A stretch of 64,000 nt of DNA from Oscillospiraceae bacterium (GCA_015068425.1 SVKK01000007.1:2131-66130), one strand, 5' to 3'. Shown: positions 50,528 through 60,485, counted from the first letter of the stretch. Notes: generated by a model not told the origin, from the sequence alone. Numbers and translations: made by a program.

Positions 50528-51889
50528 TCAATATTCATCAGCCCCGTAGAGCTTGTTTTTCTTCCATTTGCCCGTGATGAAGAAGAAAATGCTTACGGCT
50601 ATACCGACGAAGGGGGAGAAGACAAAGCCGAGGGCGATGCCGTCGAAGCCGAGAGCGGTGTAATGGCAAAGCACATAGGAGAGAAGATAGCGCACCGCAA
50701 AGGAGGAGAAAATTCCCGAGAACATGGTTGCTTTTGTGTAGCCCGAGCCGGTTATCACGCCAAAGAGGCAGAACATAGTGGTTTCTCCGATGAAGCAGAG
50801 GGAGAAGTATTTCAGATAGCTTATGCCCACATCCAGAACACTGGTGTCCGAGGTGAAAAGTCTGTACATAGTTTCGGGAGCAATCTGGCAGAGGAGCACG
50901 AATATAACGGATACGGAAAGGGAGAGCACAAGTCCGCAGACCATACCCCGGATTATTCTCCTGAAATCCTTCCTCGGATGGTTTTGAGCTGTCATGGTGA
51001 CTATGGCGGTCATGCAGGCAATACCGGGCATAGTGCCGAAGGAACTGAGCTTGTTGGCAGCTCCTGCGGCGGCGGAGGCGGCAATGCCGAAGCTGTTGAC
51101 AAGGGAGGAGATGAAAAGGAAGGATATATTGGTGCAGACATACTGAACTGCCTGGGGCATTCCCACGGCAAGCTGGGCGGAGAGCTTGGTTTTGTCGATT
51201 TTGAAGGAGGAGAGCCTGAAATCGAAAAGGGGCGTGTGGCGAGCCACGTAAAATGCCACCAGTGCGCAGCTTGTTGCCTGGCTTATGACCGTTGCAACAG
51301 CGGCGCCAACAGCGCCCATATCCAGCACAGCAACGAAAAGCAGGTCCAGCACAATGTTTTCAACAGTGGTGATTATTACATATACAAGGGGTTTTACGGA
51401 TTCTCCGGTGCCTCTCAAAGCGGCGCTGAGAAGGCCGTAGCCATAGACAAAAACCGTACCCAGCATAGAAATGATGAGATAAATGCGGGTATCGTCGAAG
51501 CTTTCGGCGGGGGTGTTGAGAGCTTTAAGAAGGGGTGTGCAGAAAGCGATTATGGCAAGGGTGAAGAAAAGCGCCAGAATAAGCAGAAAGCTGAGCATAC
51601 TGCCCACATAGCCATTCATTTCTCTGTAGCGTTTCAAGCCGGAGAGGTTGCCGATATATACGGAGCATCCATTGGCAATGCCGGAGCAGGTGACAAGCAC
51701 CAGCGTGGTTATCTGGCCGCCGATGCTGACGGCGGACATACCCACAGAGCCTACAAACTGACCCACGATTATCATATCCACAATGCTGTATACAGCCTGC
51801 AGCAGATTCATTGCCACTATAGGGAGAGCAAAAAGCGCGAGCTTTTTCCAAACGCTGCCACTGGTCAGATCCTTTCTGTCGCTCATCAA
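50528..51889 (-). CDS. MATE family efflux transporter
   Basis: 453-aa 12-TM protein reading GSVWKKLALFALPIVAMNLLQAVYSIVDMIIVGQFVG, a typical MATE N-terminus. Confidence 0.9.
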   Translation of the reverse strand: MMSDRKDLTSGSVWKKLALFALPIVAMNLLQAVYSIVDMIIVGQFVGSVGMSAVSIGGQITTLVLVTCSGIANGCSVYIGNLSGLKRYREMNGYVGSMLSFLLILALFFTLAIIAFCTPLLKALNTPAESFDDTRIYLIISMLGTVFVYGYGLLSAALRGTGESVKPLVYVIITTVENIVLDLLFVAVLDMGAVGAAVATVISQATSCALVAFYVARHTPLFDFRLSSFKIDKTKLSAQLAVGMPQAVQYVCTNISFLFISSLVNSFGIAASAAAGAANKLSSFGTMPGIACMTAIVTMTAQNHPRKDFRRIIRGMVCGLVLSLSVSVIFVLLCQIAPETMYRLFTSDTSVLDVGISYLKYFSLCFIGETTMFCLFGVITGSGYTKATMFSGIFSSFAVRYLLSYVLCHYTALGFDGIALGFVFSPFVGIAVSIFFFITGKWKKNKLYGADEY

Positions 51890-51972
51890 CTAAACTCCTT
51901 TTCCGGATTTTTATGGTATACAGTATAGAGAAATTCCTCCGCGGTGTCAAATACTTCACAATACGATTTGCG

Positions 51973-52000
51973 TTGACAAAGCCGATAAAATAATTATAAT
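51973..52000 (+). promoter_or_regulatory. Sigma-A-type promoter of the CoA-transferase/dehydratase operon
   Basis: TTGACA (51973-51978), a 16-nt spacer, then TATAAT (51995-52000). GGAGG precedes ATG 52062. Confidence 0.65.
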
Positions 52001-52061
52001 TAAATAGGAATATGTTCTTAATTTTTCAAAACAAAAAAACAATATATATGGAGGAAAAAAC

Positions 52062-53306
52062 ATGAACAAAACACTTGCCGGACTGAAAGTTGTTGAGCTT
52101 TCCACTTTCATCGCAGTTCCCGCCTGCGCAAGATTTTTTGCTGACCACGGCGCCGACGTTATCAAAGTCGAGGCTAAGGGCGGCGACGCTGTACGTTGGA
52201 ACGGCGTAAGCGAAGGACGCAGCGGCAGCCCCTATGAAAACACCACTTTCGACCTTGAAAACGCAAATAAGCGCGGCATCGTTCTCAACCTCAAGAGCGA
52301 GACCGGTAAGGAAATTCTCTTCAAGCTCCTTGAAGATGCAGACATTTTCCTCACCAACTGGCGTCCTCAGGCTCTGGCAAAGGCCGGCCTGACCTATGAA
52401 GAGCTCCACGAAAAGTTCCCCAAGATGGTTTACGGCACTCTCACCGGCTACGGCGACAAGGGCCCCGACAAGGACCTCCCCGGCTATGACTTCACTGCAT
52501 TCTGGGCTCGCGGCGGTATCATGGACTCCCTCCGTCAGAAGGACGAATGGCCCGGCAACCTGATCCCCGGCATGGGCGACCACATCTCCGGTCTGCTCCT
52601 CTCCGCAGGCGTTATGGCTGCTCTCTTTAACGCACAGCGCACCGGCGTAGGCGAGCGCGTCTGCATCAACCTGCTCCACACCTCCATCTGGGATCAGGCC
52701 ATCATGCTCCAGGCCGCTCAGTACACCGAGTACGGCCAGAAGTACCCCATCTCCCGCCGCACTGCCGATAACCCCTTCAACTGCGCTTATCGCTGCTCCG
52801 ACGGACGCTTCATGCAGATCTCTATGCCTCCCTTCGATATGTTCTATCCCCGCTTCATGCCTCTCATCGGCCGCGAGGATCTGGTAGGCAACCCCCGCTA
52901 CACCATGGATAACATCACCAAGAACAAGCTCCACAGCGAGTTTGTTGATATCCTCACCGAGGCCTTCGAGAAGAAGACCGTTACCGAGTGGGACGAAATC
53001 CTCACCAAGGCTGACATCCCCCACTCCATGCTCAAGAGCTGGGAAGAGGCTCTCGAGGATGAGCAGGCATGGGCAAACGATGTTTACTACAAGATGGATT
53101 ACCCCACCGGCAACCAGCGCATTCTTGTTCGCCAGCCCATCTTCATCGGCAACGACCTGCCCGACTACAAGATGGCTCCCCTGCTTGGCGAGCACAGCGA
53201 AGAGATCCTCAAGGGTCTGGGTTACACTGATGAGCAGCTCCAGGAGCTCCACGAGCAGGGCATCTACAACACCTGGGAGGATCTGAAGTCCAAGCATGGC
53301 GGCTGA
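52062..53306 (+). CDS. Family III CoA-transferase of the HadA/FldA type (2-hydroxyacid:enoyl-CoA CoA-transferase)
   Basis: GLKVVELSTFIAVPACARFFADHGADVIKVE...GYDFTAFWARGG...DEQAWANDVYY is a CaiB/BaiF fold. It closely resembles my recollection of C. difficile HadA. Confidence 0.85.
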   Translation: MNKTLAGLKVVELSTFIAVPACARFFADHGADVIKVEAKGGDAVRWNGVSEGRSGSPYENTTFDLENANKRGIVLNLKSETGKEILFKLLEDADIFLTNWRPQALAKAGLTYEELHEKFPKMVYGTLTGYGDKGPDKDLPGYDFTAFWARGGIMDSLRQKDEWPGNLIPGMGDHISGLLLSAGVMAALFNAQRTGVGERVCINLLHTSIWDQAIMLQAAQYTEYGQKYPISRRTADNPFNCAYRCSDGRFMQISMPPFDMFYPRFMPLIGREDLVGNPRYTMDNITKNKLHSEFVDILTEAFEKKTVTEWDEILTKADIPHSMLKSWEEALEDEQAWANDVYYKMDYPTGNQRILVRQPIFIGNDLPDYKMAPLLGEHSEEILKGLGYTDEQLQELHEQGIYNTWEDLKSKHGG

Positions 53307-54081
53307 TAAATACAGCATGGGCGTGGACATAGGTTCCACTGCCTCAAAATGCCTGATTCTAAAAAACGGCGAGGAAACCGTGGGTCAGAGCATCATCGCC
53401 TCCGGTACCGGAACTTCCGGTCCCGGAAGGGCGGTGGCTGAAGCCCTCGGTATGGCGGGTCTTACAATGGAGGATATATCCTGCGTAACCGCCACCGGCT
53501 ACGGACGAAATACCTTCTCCGGAGCCGACTACATAGTGAGCGAGCTTTCCGCCCATGCCATCGGCGCTTACGCCCTTTTCCCGGGAGTGAGAACCGTTAT
53601 CGACATTGGCGGTCAGGACGCCAAGGCCATTCGGGTGAATGAGCAGGGCAGAATGGAAAACTTTATAATGAACGATAAGTGCGCTGCAGGCACCGGAAGA
53701 TTTCTGGATGTTATGGCCAGAGTTCTGGAGCTTGACGTGAGCGAGCTTGAAAAGCGTGACGCTTTAGCGGAGAGCACCGTTCGTATAAGCTCCACCTGCA
53801 CCGTTTTCGCGGAAAGCGAAGTTATAAGCCAGCTGGCGCAGAATGTTGATATAAACGCTCTTGTTGCCGGCATTCATGACAGCGTTGCGGTGAGAACTGC
53901 CAGCCTTGTAAGAAGACTGGGTCTTATTGAGCCTGTTGTTATGAGCGGCGGCGTTGCCAGAAACGGCGGCGTTGTCCGCGCTCTTGAAAAAGAGCTTGGC
54001 GTTTCTATAAGCGTTTCACCCCTCAACCAGCTGGGCGGCGCCTTTGGCGCAGCCATTTACGGCTGGAAGAAAATCAGTTAA
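53296..54081 (+). CDS. 2-hydroxyacyl-CoA dehydratase activator (BcrAD_BadFG ATPase, HadI/FldI/HgdC-like)
   Basis: MGVDIGSTASKCLIL...IDIGGQDAKAI...NDKCAAGTGRFLDVMA includes the cluster-bridging Cys region. The start is 53296 or ATG 53317. Confidence 0.9.
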   Translation: MAADKYSMGVDIGSTASKCLILKNGEETVGQSIIASGTGTSGPGRAVAEALGMAGLTMEDISCVTATGYGRNTFSGADYIVSELSAHAIGAYALFPGVRTVIDIGGQDAKAIRVNEQGRMENFIMNDKCAAGTGRFLDVMARVLELDVSELEKRDALAESTVRISSTCTVFAESEVISQLAQNVDINALVAGIHDSVAVRTASLVRRLGLIEPVVMSGGVARNGGVVRALEKELGVSISVSPLNQLGGAFGAAIYGWKKIS

Positions 54082-54083
54082 GC

Positions 54084-54116
54084 AAAACCCGCACAGCATT
54101 GCTGCTGCGGGTTTTT
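54084..54116 (+). terminator. Strong hairpin with a T-tract inside the operon, between the activator and dehydratase genes
   Basis: AAAACCCGCACAGCA-T-TGCTGCTGCGGGTTTTT. Confidence 0.6.
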
Positions 54117-54144
54117 CCCCACAAAAAAATAAAGGAGTGGAAAA

Positions 54145-55377
54145 ATGAGCGAAATTCCGGAAAGAAAGCCCGCCAAGATAATTCTCCGCGAGCTTCAGGA
54201 TAAAATTGCCCAGGATGCATGGGATGCAAAACTCCGCGGCGAGAAGGTTGGCTGGTGCGCCTCCAACTTCCCCCAGGAGATTACCACCGCTATGGGCATC
54301 CATGTGGTTTACCCCGAAAATATGGGCGCTGCCGTCGGTGCCAAGGGCGGCGGACTTCGTATGTGCCAGCATGCCGAGGATATGGGTTATTCCTCCGACC
54401 TGTGCTCTTATGCCCGCATCAACTTTGCCTATGCGGACATCAAGAAGTGCGAGGAGCTGGAAATTCCCTTCCCCGACTTCCTTCTTTGCTGCAATAACAT
54501 CTGCAACTGTATGATAAAATGGTATGAGAACCTCTCTCTCGAGCTGAATGTTCCCCTGATCCTCATCGATATCCCCCATCTGGACGCAATGGAATGCTCC
54601 GCCGACCGGGTTAAGTATATCCGTGCCCAGTTTGACGATGCCATCGCACAGCTGGAGGAGATAACCGGCAAGAAGATGGATTATGATAAGCTGCGCAGCG
54701 TTATGGAAGTTTCCCAGCGCTCTTCTCAGGCATGGCTGAAGGCCGTTGGCTATATGGCCTGCGAGCCCTCTCCCTTCAGCGGTTTTGATATTTTCAACAA
54801 TATGGCCGTTGCCTGCGTCGGACGCGGCACCGTTGCCGCAGCCGAGGCCTTTGAGGCTCTGGCTGAGGATTATGAGGCTCTGGCCAAGGAAGGCAAGAGC
54901 TCCTTCAAGGGCGAGGAAAAATACCGCATCCTCTTCGAGGGTATTGCCTGCTGGGCAAACCTCAAGTATACCTATAAGGCTCTCCAGAGTCGTGGCATGA
55001 ACCTGACCGCATCTGTTTACGGTCCTGCCTTCAGCTTCATTTACAGCAATCTGGATGAGCTGATGGCTGCCTATTCCTATGTTCCCAACTCCAACTGCTT
55101 CGAGCGTGAGCTGAAGCTGCGCGTTGATGATGCCATCAATAACAAAGTTGACGGCGCCGTTTTCCATATGAACCGCAGCTGCAAGCACTGGAGCGGCACT
55201 CTCTATGAGATGGAGCGTCAGTTCCGGGAGCAGACCGGCGTTCCCACCGTCTGCTTCGACGGTGACCAGTCCGATCCCCGTGTATTCTCCGAGGCTCAGT
55301 ATGACACCAGAGTTGAAGCTCTTATGGAGATTATGGACGAAAATAAGCGCGCAAAGGAGGGCAAAACCAATGCGTGA
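54145..55377 (+). CDS. 2-hydroxyacyl-CoA dehydratase subunit (HadB/FldB/HgdA-like)
   Basis: The 410-aa protein reads KVGWCASNFPQEITTAMGIHVVYPENMGAAV...SDLCSYARIN...; it looks like HGD-D family and is preceded by an AAAGGAG SD. Confidence 0.88.
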   Translation: MSEIPERKPAKIILRELQDKIAQDAWDAKLRGEKVGWCASNFPQEITTAMGIHVVYPENMGAAVGAKGGGLRMCQHAEDMGYSSDLCSYARINFAYADIKKCEELEIPFPDFLLCCNNICNCMIKWYENLSLELNVPLILIDIPHLDAMECSADRVKYIRAQFDDAIAQLEEITGKKMDYDKLRSVMEVSQRSSQAWLKAVGYMACEPSPFSGFDIFNNMAVACVGRGTVAAAEAFEALAEDYEALAKEGKSSFKGEEKYRILFEGIACWANLKYTYKALQSRGMNLTASVYGPAFSFIYSNLDELMAAYSYVPNSNCFERELKLRVDDAINNKVDGAVFHMNRSCKHWSGTLYEMERQFREQTGVPTVCFDGDQSDPRVFSEAQYDTRVEALMEIMDENKRAKEGKTNA

Positions 55378-56485
55378 ACTTGAACTTCTGAAAACTATTG
55401 CCGCCTCTCCCAAGGCACAGCTTGAAAAGACCCTGGCCGAGGGTAAAAAAGTTATCGGCGTTATGCCCTATTTCTGCCCCGAGGAGCTTGTTTATGCCGC
55501 AGGTATGGCTCCCTTCGGACTTTGGGGCGCTGAGATGCAGGCAAATGAAAGCAAGCGCTATTTCCCCGCTTTCATATGCTCCATTTTGCACACCACTCTG
55601 GAAATGGGTCTTCGCGGTGAGCTCAACGCTCTCAGCGGCATTATGATTCCCATCTCCTGCGACAGTCTGAAAGGCATGGGCGCAAACTGGCAGTACGGCG
55701 TAAAGACCGTTCCCGTTATCAATGTTGCCTACGCACAGAACCGCAAAATAGCCGCCGGTGACGAATTCTCCCGCAGCCAGATGATGAAGGTCAAGGGCGA
55801 GCTGGAGGAGATCTGCGGACACGCCATCACCAATGAGGATATTGCCGCTGCCGTTGCCGTTTATAACGAAAACCGCGCCGCAATCTGCGCCTTCACCGAG
55901 GCTGTTGGTGCAAAGCCCGGTCTTATCAGCGCCGCTGACCGTTCCGCCGCCATAAAAGCCGGCTACTTTATGGACAGAAAAGAGCATACCGATCTTCTCA
56001 CTGCCCTCACCGAGAGCATAAATGCTGCCCCCGCACCTGTGTGGAAGGGTCTTAAGGTGGTCACAACCGGCATTATTGCCGATTCCCCCGAGCTTCTCAA
56101 GATATTCGACGAAAACGGCATAGCCGTTGTTGCCGACCAGATAGCTCAGGAGAGCGTTGATGCCCGCTATCCCACACCCGTTACCGAGGATCCCGTTCTT
56201 GGCATGGCTCAGCGCTACGGCCGCATCGAAGGCTGCAGCGTGCTCTATGACCCCGTCAAGGAACGCGGCCACCAGCTGGTTGATATAGCCAAGGCCAACG
56301 GTGCAGACGGCATTATTTGGGTAATGACCAAGTTCTGCGATCCCGAGGAATTCGACTATGTGCCCGTAAAGCGTATGGTAGATGCCGCAGGCATTCCCCT
56401 TCTCGCCATTGAGGTTGACCAGCAGATGGTTAACTTCGAGCAGGCAAGAAACGCGGTTCTCACCTTTGCGGAAATGCTGGGATGA
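55370..56485 (+). CDS. 2-hydroxyacyl-CoA dehydratase subunit (HadC/FldC/HgdB-like)
   Basis: MRELELLKTIAASPKAQLEK...VIGVMPYFCPEELVYAAGMAPFGLWG... looks like HGD-D family. ATG 55370 overlaps the upstream stop (ATGCGTGA). Confidence 0.88.
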   Translation: MRELELLKTIAASPKAQLEKTLAEGKKVIGVMPYFCPEELVYAAGMAPFGLWGAEMQANESKRYFPAFICSILHTTLEMGLRGELNALSGIMIPISCDSLKGMGANWQYGVKTVPVINVAYAQNRKIAAGDEFSRSQMMKVKGELEEICGHAITNEDIAAAVAVYNENRAAICAFTEAVGAKPGLISAADRSAAIKAGYFMDRKEHTDLLTALTESINAAPAPVWKGLKVVTTGIIADSPELLKIFDENGIAVVADQIAQESVDARYPTPVTEDPVLGMAQRYGRIEGCSVLYDPVKERGHQLVDIAKANGADGIIWVMTKFCDPEEFDYVPVKRMVDAAGIPLLAIEVDQQMVNFEQARNAVLTFAEMLG

Positions 56486-56544
56486 TAAATCCAATAAAAA
56501 TTCTCCCTATGAAATCTCATAGGGAGGTTTTTCTGCCCCGATGT

Positions 56545-56853
56545 ACCCTGCAAAGGCGGATAGCAGCGAAGTTAACGGAGGGGGTGTTTTTTTGTCTCCG
56601 ACGGCCATATTCTTTTCGTATGTCCGAAAAGAATATGGAAAGAAAAGTCCACCAAAGAGGGGCATTGCGCGCCCCTCTTTGGAAACTCCCTCGCTGCGGA
56701 GTGAGAAACGGCATCGTGCCACAAAATAAGCGCCTAAACCTTAGCGTGCTCCCCTCGTTTTCCGCTCAGGACGCTGCTGCGTCGAGGCGCCTGCTCGGCG
56801 CCACCGGGATACTTCCTCGTACCCTTTGTAGGGGCGGACCAATGTGTCCGCCC
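56545..56853. repeat. Copy of the mosaic intergenic repeat family (module A + module B + GTAGGGG-hairpin module)
   Basis: 56545-56591 parallels 1527-1577 and 24588-24642. 56591-56780 parallels 27955-28142. GTAGGGGCGGACCAATGTGTCCGCCC lies at 56828-56853. Confidence 0.8.
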
Positions 56854-56893
56854 GCTTAGCTCTTTAGCCACTACTGCGCTGCAGCATATAACG

Positions 56894-56921
56894 AAAAACC
56901 CCGACGGATTTTCCATCGGGG
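56894..56921 (-). terminator. Intrinsic terminator of the PFOR gene
   Basis: On the minus strand CCCCGATGG-GAAAAT-CCGTCGGGG (one mismatch) is followed by TTTTT. Confidence 0.7.
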
Positions 56922-56936
56922 CGTTGTCATTTTTTA

Positions 56937-59900
56937 TTATTTTTTCTGGTTTTCTTCCATTTTTCTATATTTCTCATAACGGGCGACAGCATCCTCCCTG
57001 CCTGCCTCGAAAAGCACTTCGGCATTTTCGGGGAAGCTGCGGTAGAGGGAGGCGTATCTGGTTTCGCCTTTGAGGAAGTCCATAAAGTCCATATCGGGGG
57101 CCTTGCTGTCCAGCGTGAGAGGCTCGGCCTTGCGGGGGTCATAGCGGTAGAGGTTCCAATAACCGCTGTGGACAGCGCGCTTCATTTCCTCCTGAGTTTT
57201 GCCCATGCCGAGACGGATACCGTGGGCGGCGCAGGGGGTATAGGCAACAATGAGGGAGGGACCGGGATAGCTTTCCGCTTCCCGGAGAGCCTTGAGAAGC
57301 TGGGCAGGGTCGGCTCCCATGGCAACCTGAGCCACATAGACGTTGCCGTAGGTCATCATCATAGCGCCCAGATCCTTTTTGCGGCTGCGCTTGCCGGAGG
57401 AGGCAAACTGGGCAACAGCGCCAATGGGTGTTGCCTTGGAGCTCTGACCGCCGGTGTTGGAATAAACCTCAGTATCGATGACGAAGACATTAATATCCTC
57501 CCCGCCTGCGATGACGTGGTCAAGACCGCCGAAGCCTATATCATAGGCCCAGCCGTCGCCGCCGAACATCCAGAAGGTTTTCTTCGCCAGCTGATCCTTC
57601 GCAAGGAGAATTTCCTCCGCGGCATCGCCGCCGAAGGAGCTGAGCTCTTCGATAAGGATATCGCTGCTCTCTCTGGAGGCGTCAAAATCATCGTAGGTAT
57701 CCAGCCAATTTTGGCAGGCGCTGCGAAGAGTCTCGGGGATGGAGGAAGTCATAAGAGCCTCAACCTTTTCCTTCTGAGCCTCCCGCTGCTGACGTACGGA
57801 AAGGAACATACCAAGGGCAAGCTCCGCATTGTTCTCAAAGAGGCTGTTTGTCCAGGCAACGCCGTGACCACGCTTGTTGACGGTGTAGGGTATGCCGGGC
57901 ATGGGAGAGCCCCAGGCCTGGGAGCAGCCGGTGCCGTTGGCCCAGTAAACTCTGTCGCCGAAAAGCTGGGTTAGGAGTTTTGCGTAGGGAGTCTCGCCGC
58001 AGCCTGCGCAGGCGGCGGAAAATTCAACAAGGGGCTGGCGGAACTGGCTGCCCTTTATGGTGGCGGGAGAATAAACATCCCCCTTGTCGGAGATGGTGAG
58101 ACCGAAAGCCCATCGCTCCTTGTCCTTTTCTTCCATTTTGGCAGGAACAAGCTGGAGAGCCTCTCTGGGACAGCTGTTTACGCAGCTGCCGCAGCCGGTG
58201 CAGTCGAAGTTGGAAAGCTGGAGGGAGTAACGAAGAACGTTGCCGGGTTTGCCCATAGCGGGAATGCTTACAAAATCTTCGGGAGCGGAAGCGCTCTCCT
58301 CGGCGTTGAGGAGATAGGGACGGATAGCGGCGTGGGGGCAGACAAGGGAGCACATATTGCATTGGATGCACTTGCTTTCGTCCCACTTGGGCAGCCAGGT
58401 GGCTATGCCCCGCTTTTCATAGGCGGTCAGACCCATTTCTATGGAGCCGTCTTCTCTGCCAATAAAGGCACTTACGGGCAAATCGTCGCCCTTCTGGCGG
58501 TTGATGGGGATAAGAATGTTGCGGACAGCCTCGGGAAGGGCGCTAAGATCCTCCTCCGGAGCTTCCTCAAGACTCAGCCACTGACTTTTAACAGCGATTT
58601 CTCTGACCTTTTCCCCGCCGGCATCTATAGCGGCGCAGTTTTTGGAAACAATATCATCGCCCTTGGCGGCATAGGCCTTGCGGGCGGCCTGCTTCATAAG
58701 CTCCATTGCCTCGGCGGCAGGCAGCATATCCGTGAGAGAGAAGAATGCGGCCTGAAGCACTGTGTTGGTGCGGCTGCCGAGACCCAGTTCGTGGGCTATT
58801 GCGGAAGCATTAACGGTGAAAAGCCGGATGCCCTTTTCCGCAATCATCTTCAGCACCTTTGCGGGTATCTGCTTTTCCAGCTCCTCTTCCGTCCAGGGGC
58901 AGTTGAGCAAAAGCTTTCCGCCGGGGCGAAGCTCATCAACAATGTCATACTGCTGTATGTAGGTTGGAACATGAACCGCAACGAAATCCGCGCTTTTAAC
59001 ATAGTAACTGCCTCGGATGGGCTTTTCGGAAAAGCGCAGATGGCTCTTGGTAACGCCGTAGCTCTTCTTTGCGTCGTACTCAAAGTAGGCCTGAGCGTAG
59101 AGGGGGGTGTTGGAGGCGATTATATTCACGGTGTTGTGGTTGGCGCCCACAGTGCCGTCGCCGCCCAGACCCCAGAACTTGCAGCAGACAGCGCCGTCGG
59201 AGAAGCCCTCCAGCTTCTTCACGGGCAGCGAGAGATTGGTAACATCGTCGGTAATGCCGATGGTGAAGCTGTTTTTGGGATTTTCTGCAAGGAGGTTATC
59301 GAATGCGGCGGCAATCTGGGCGGGGTCGGTATCCTTACTGGAAAGACCGTAGCGTCCTCCAACGATGAGAACCTCCCTGCCGCTGCCGGAAAATGCGGTG
59401 CAGACATCCTGATAAAGAGGCTCGCCTGCGGCGCCCATCTCCTTGCAGCGGTCCAAAACGGCTATGCGCTTTGCGCTTTCGGGGATGGCGGCAAGGAACT
59501 TATCAATAGCGAAGGGGCGGTAGAGGCGCACCTGCAAAAAGCCCGTCTTTCTGCCACGGGCGTTTAGGTAATCAACGGTCTCCCGGATGGTGCCGGAAAC
59601 GGAGCCCATAGCCACGAGAACTTCGGTGGCGTTGGGATCGCCGTAGTAATCGAAAATGTGGTATTCACGTCCGAAATTCTCCTTGAAACGGAGCATATAG
59701 TCCTCAACAATATGGGGAAGGGAATCATAAAAACGGTTTGCGGCTTCACGGAGCTGGAAATAAACATCTCCGTTCTGAACGGTGTTGCGGAGCATAGGAT
59801 GCTCGGGATTGAGGGCGTGGGCGCGAAAAGCGCGCAGAGCGTCGGTGTCCAGCATTGCACATAGCTTCTCTTCGTCGGGAAGGCTTATTTTGCTTATCTC

Positions 59901-60434
59901 GTGGCTGGTGCGGAAGCCGTCAAAGAAGTGCATAAAGGGAATGCCGCCCTTTACGGCGCTGAGATGGGCAATACCTGCCATGTCGGCAGCTTCCTGAACG
60001 GAGCCGGAGGAAAGCTGGGCAAAGCCGGTCTGGCGGCAGGCCATAACGTCGCTGTGGTCGCCGAAAATGCTCATTGCGTGGGTGCCCACAGTGCGGGCTG
60101 CAACGTGCAGCACAACGGGGAGCTTCTCGCCCGCCATACGGTAAAGGACGGGAATCATCAGCATAAGACCCTGGCTGGAGGTGTAGCTGGTGGCGAGACA
60201 GCCTGTCTGGGCTGCGCCGTGGACAGCGGCTGCGGCGCCTGCTTCCGACTGCATTTCAACAAGCTTCACTGTCTGGCCGAACATATTTTTTCTGCCCCGG
60301 GCGCTCCATTCGTCGGTGCTGCCCGCCATGGGCGAAGAGGGGGTTATAGGATATATAGCCGCAACCTCGGTGAAGGCATAGGCAACATGGGCGGCGGCGG
60401 TATTGCCGTCCATGGTCAGCATTTTTTTATCCAT
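56937..60434 (-). CDS. nifJ: Pyruvate:ferredoxin (flavodoxin) oxidoreductase, single-chain NifJ type
   Basis: 1165 aa, reading MDGNTAAAHVAYAFTEVAAIYPITPSSPMA. Two ferredoxin-type motifs CIQCNMCSLVCPH and CTGCGSCVNSCP are present, along with the TPP domain GGDGWAYDIGFGG. Confidence 0.95.
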   Translation of the reverse strand: MDKKMLTMDGNTAAAHVAYAFTEVAAIYPITPSSPMAGSTDEWSARGRKNMFGQTVKLVEMQSEAGAAAAVHGAAQTGCLATSYTSSQGLMLMIPVLYRMAGEKLPVVLHVAARTVGTHAMSIFGDHSDVMACRQTGFAQLSSGSVQEAADMAGIAHLSAVKGGIPFMHFFDGFRTSHEISKISLPDEEKLCAMLDTDALRAFRAHALNPEHPMLRNTVQNGDVYFQLREAANRFYDSLPHIVEDYMLRFKENFGREYHIFDYYGDPNATEVLVAMGSVSGTIRETVDYLNARGRKTGFLQVRLYRPFAIDKFLAAIPESAKRIAVLDRCKEMGAAGEPLYQDVCTAFSGSGREVLIVGGRYGLSSKDTDPAQIAAAFDNLLAENPKNSFTIGITDDVTNLSLPVKKLEGFSDGAVCCKFWGLGGDGTVGANHNTVNIIASNTPLYAQAYFEYDAKKSYGVTKSHLRFSEKPIRGSYYVKSADFVAVHVPTYIQQYDIVDELRPGGKLLLNCPWTEEELEKQIPAKVLKMIAEKGIRLFTVNASAIAHELGLGSRTNTVLQAAFFSLTDMLPAAEAMELMKQAARKAYAAKGDDIVSKNCAAIDAGGEKVREIAVKSQWLSLEEAPEEDLSALPEAVRNILIPINRQKGDDLPVSAFIGREDGSIEMGLTAYEKRGIATWLPKWDESKCIQCNMCSLVCPHAAIRPYLLNAEESASAPEDFVSIPAMGKPGNVLRYSLQLSNFDCTGCGSCVNSCPREALQLVPAKMEEKDKERWAFGLTISDKGDVYSPATIKGSQFRQPLVEFSAACAGCGETPYAKLLTQLFGDRVYWANGTGCSQAWGSPMPGIPYTVNKRGHGVAWTNSLFENNAELALGMFLSVRQQREAQKEKVEALMTSSIPETLRSACQNWLDTYDDFDASRESSDILIEELSSFGGDAAEEILLAKDQLAKKTFWMFGGDGWAYDIGFGGLDHVIAGGEDINVFVIDTEVYSNTGGQSSKATPIGAVAQFASSGKRSRKKDLGAMMMTYGNVYVAQVAMGADPAQLLKALREAESYPGPSLIVAYTPCAAHGIRLGMGKTQEEMKRAVHSGYWNLYRYDPRKAEPLTLDSKAPDMDFMDFLKGETRYASLYRSFPENAEVLFEAGREDAVARYEKYRKMEENQKK

Positions 60435-60446
60435 AAGGAAACTCCT

Positions 60447-60477
60447 TAAAAATCGGGGGCGGATGTTTATCCGCCCC
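60447..60477 (-). terminator. Hairpin terminator between ilvE and nifJ
   Basis: On the minus strand GGGGCGGAT-AAAC-ATCCGCCCC is followed by CGATTTTT. Confidence 0.7.
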
Positions 60478-60485
60478 TTTCTTGA

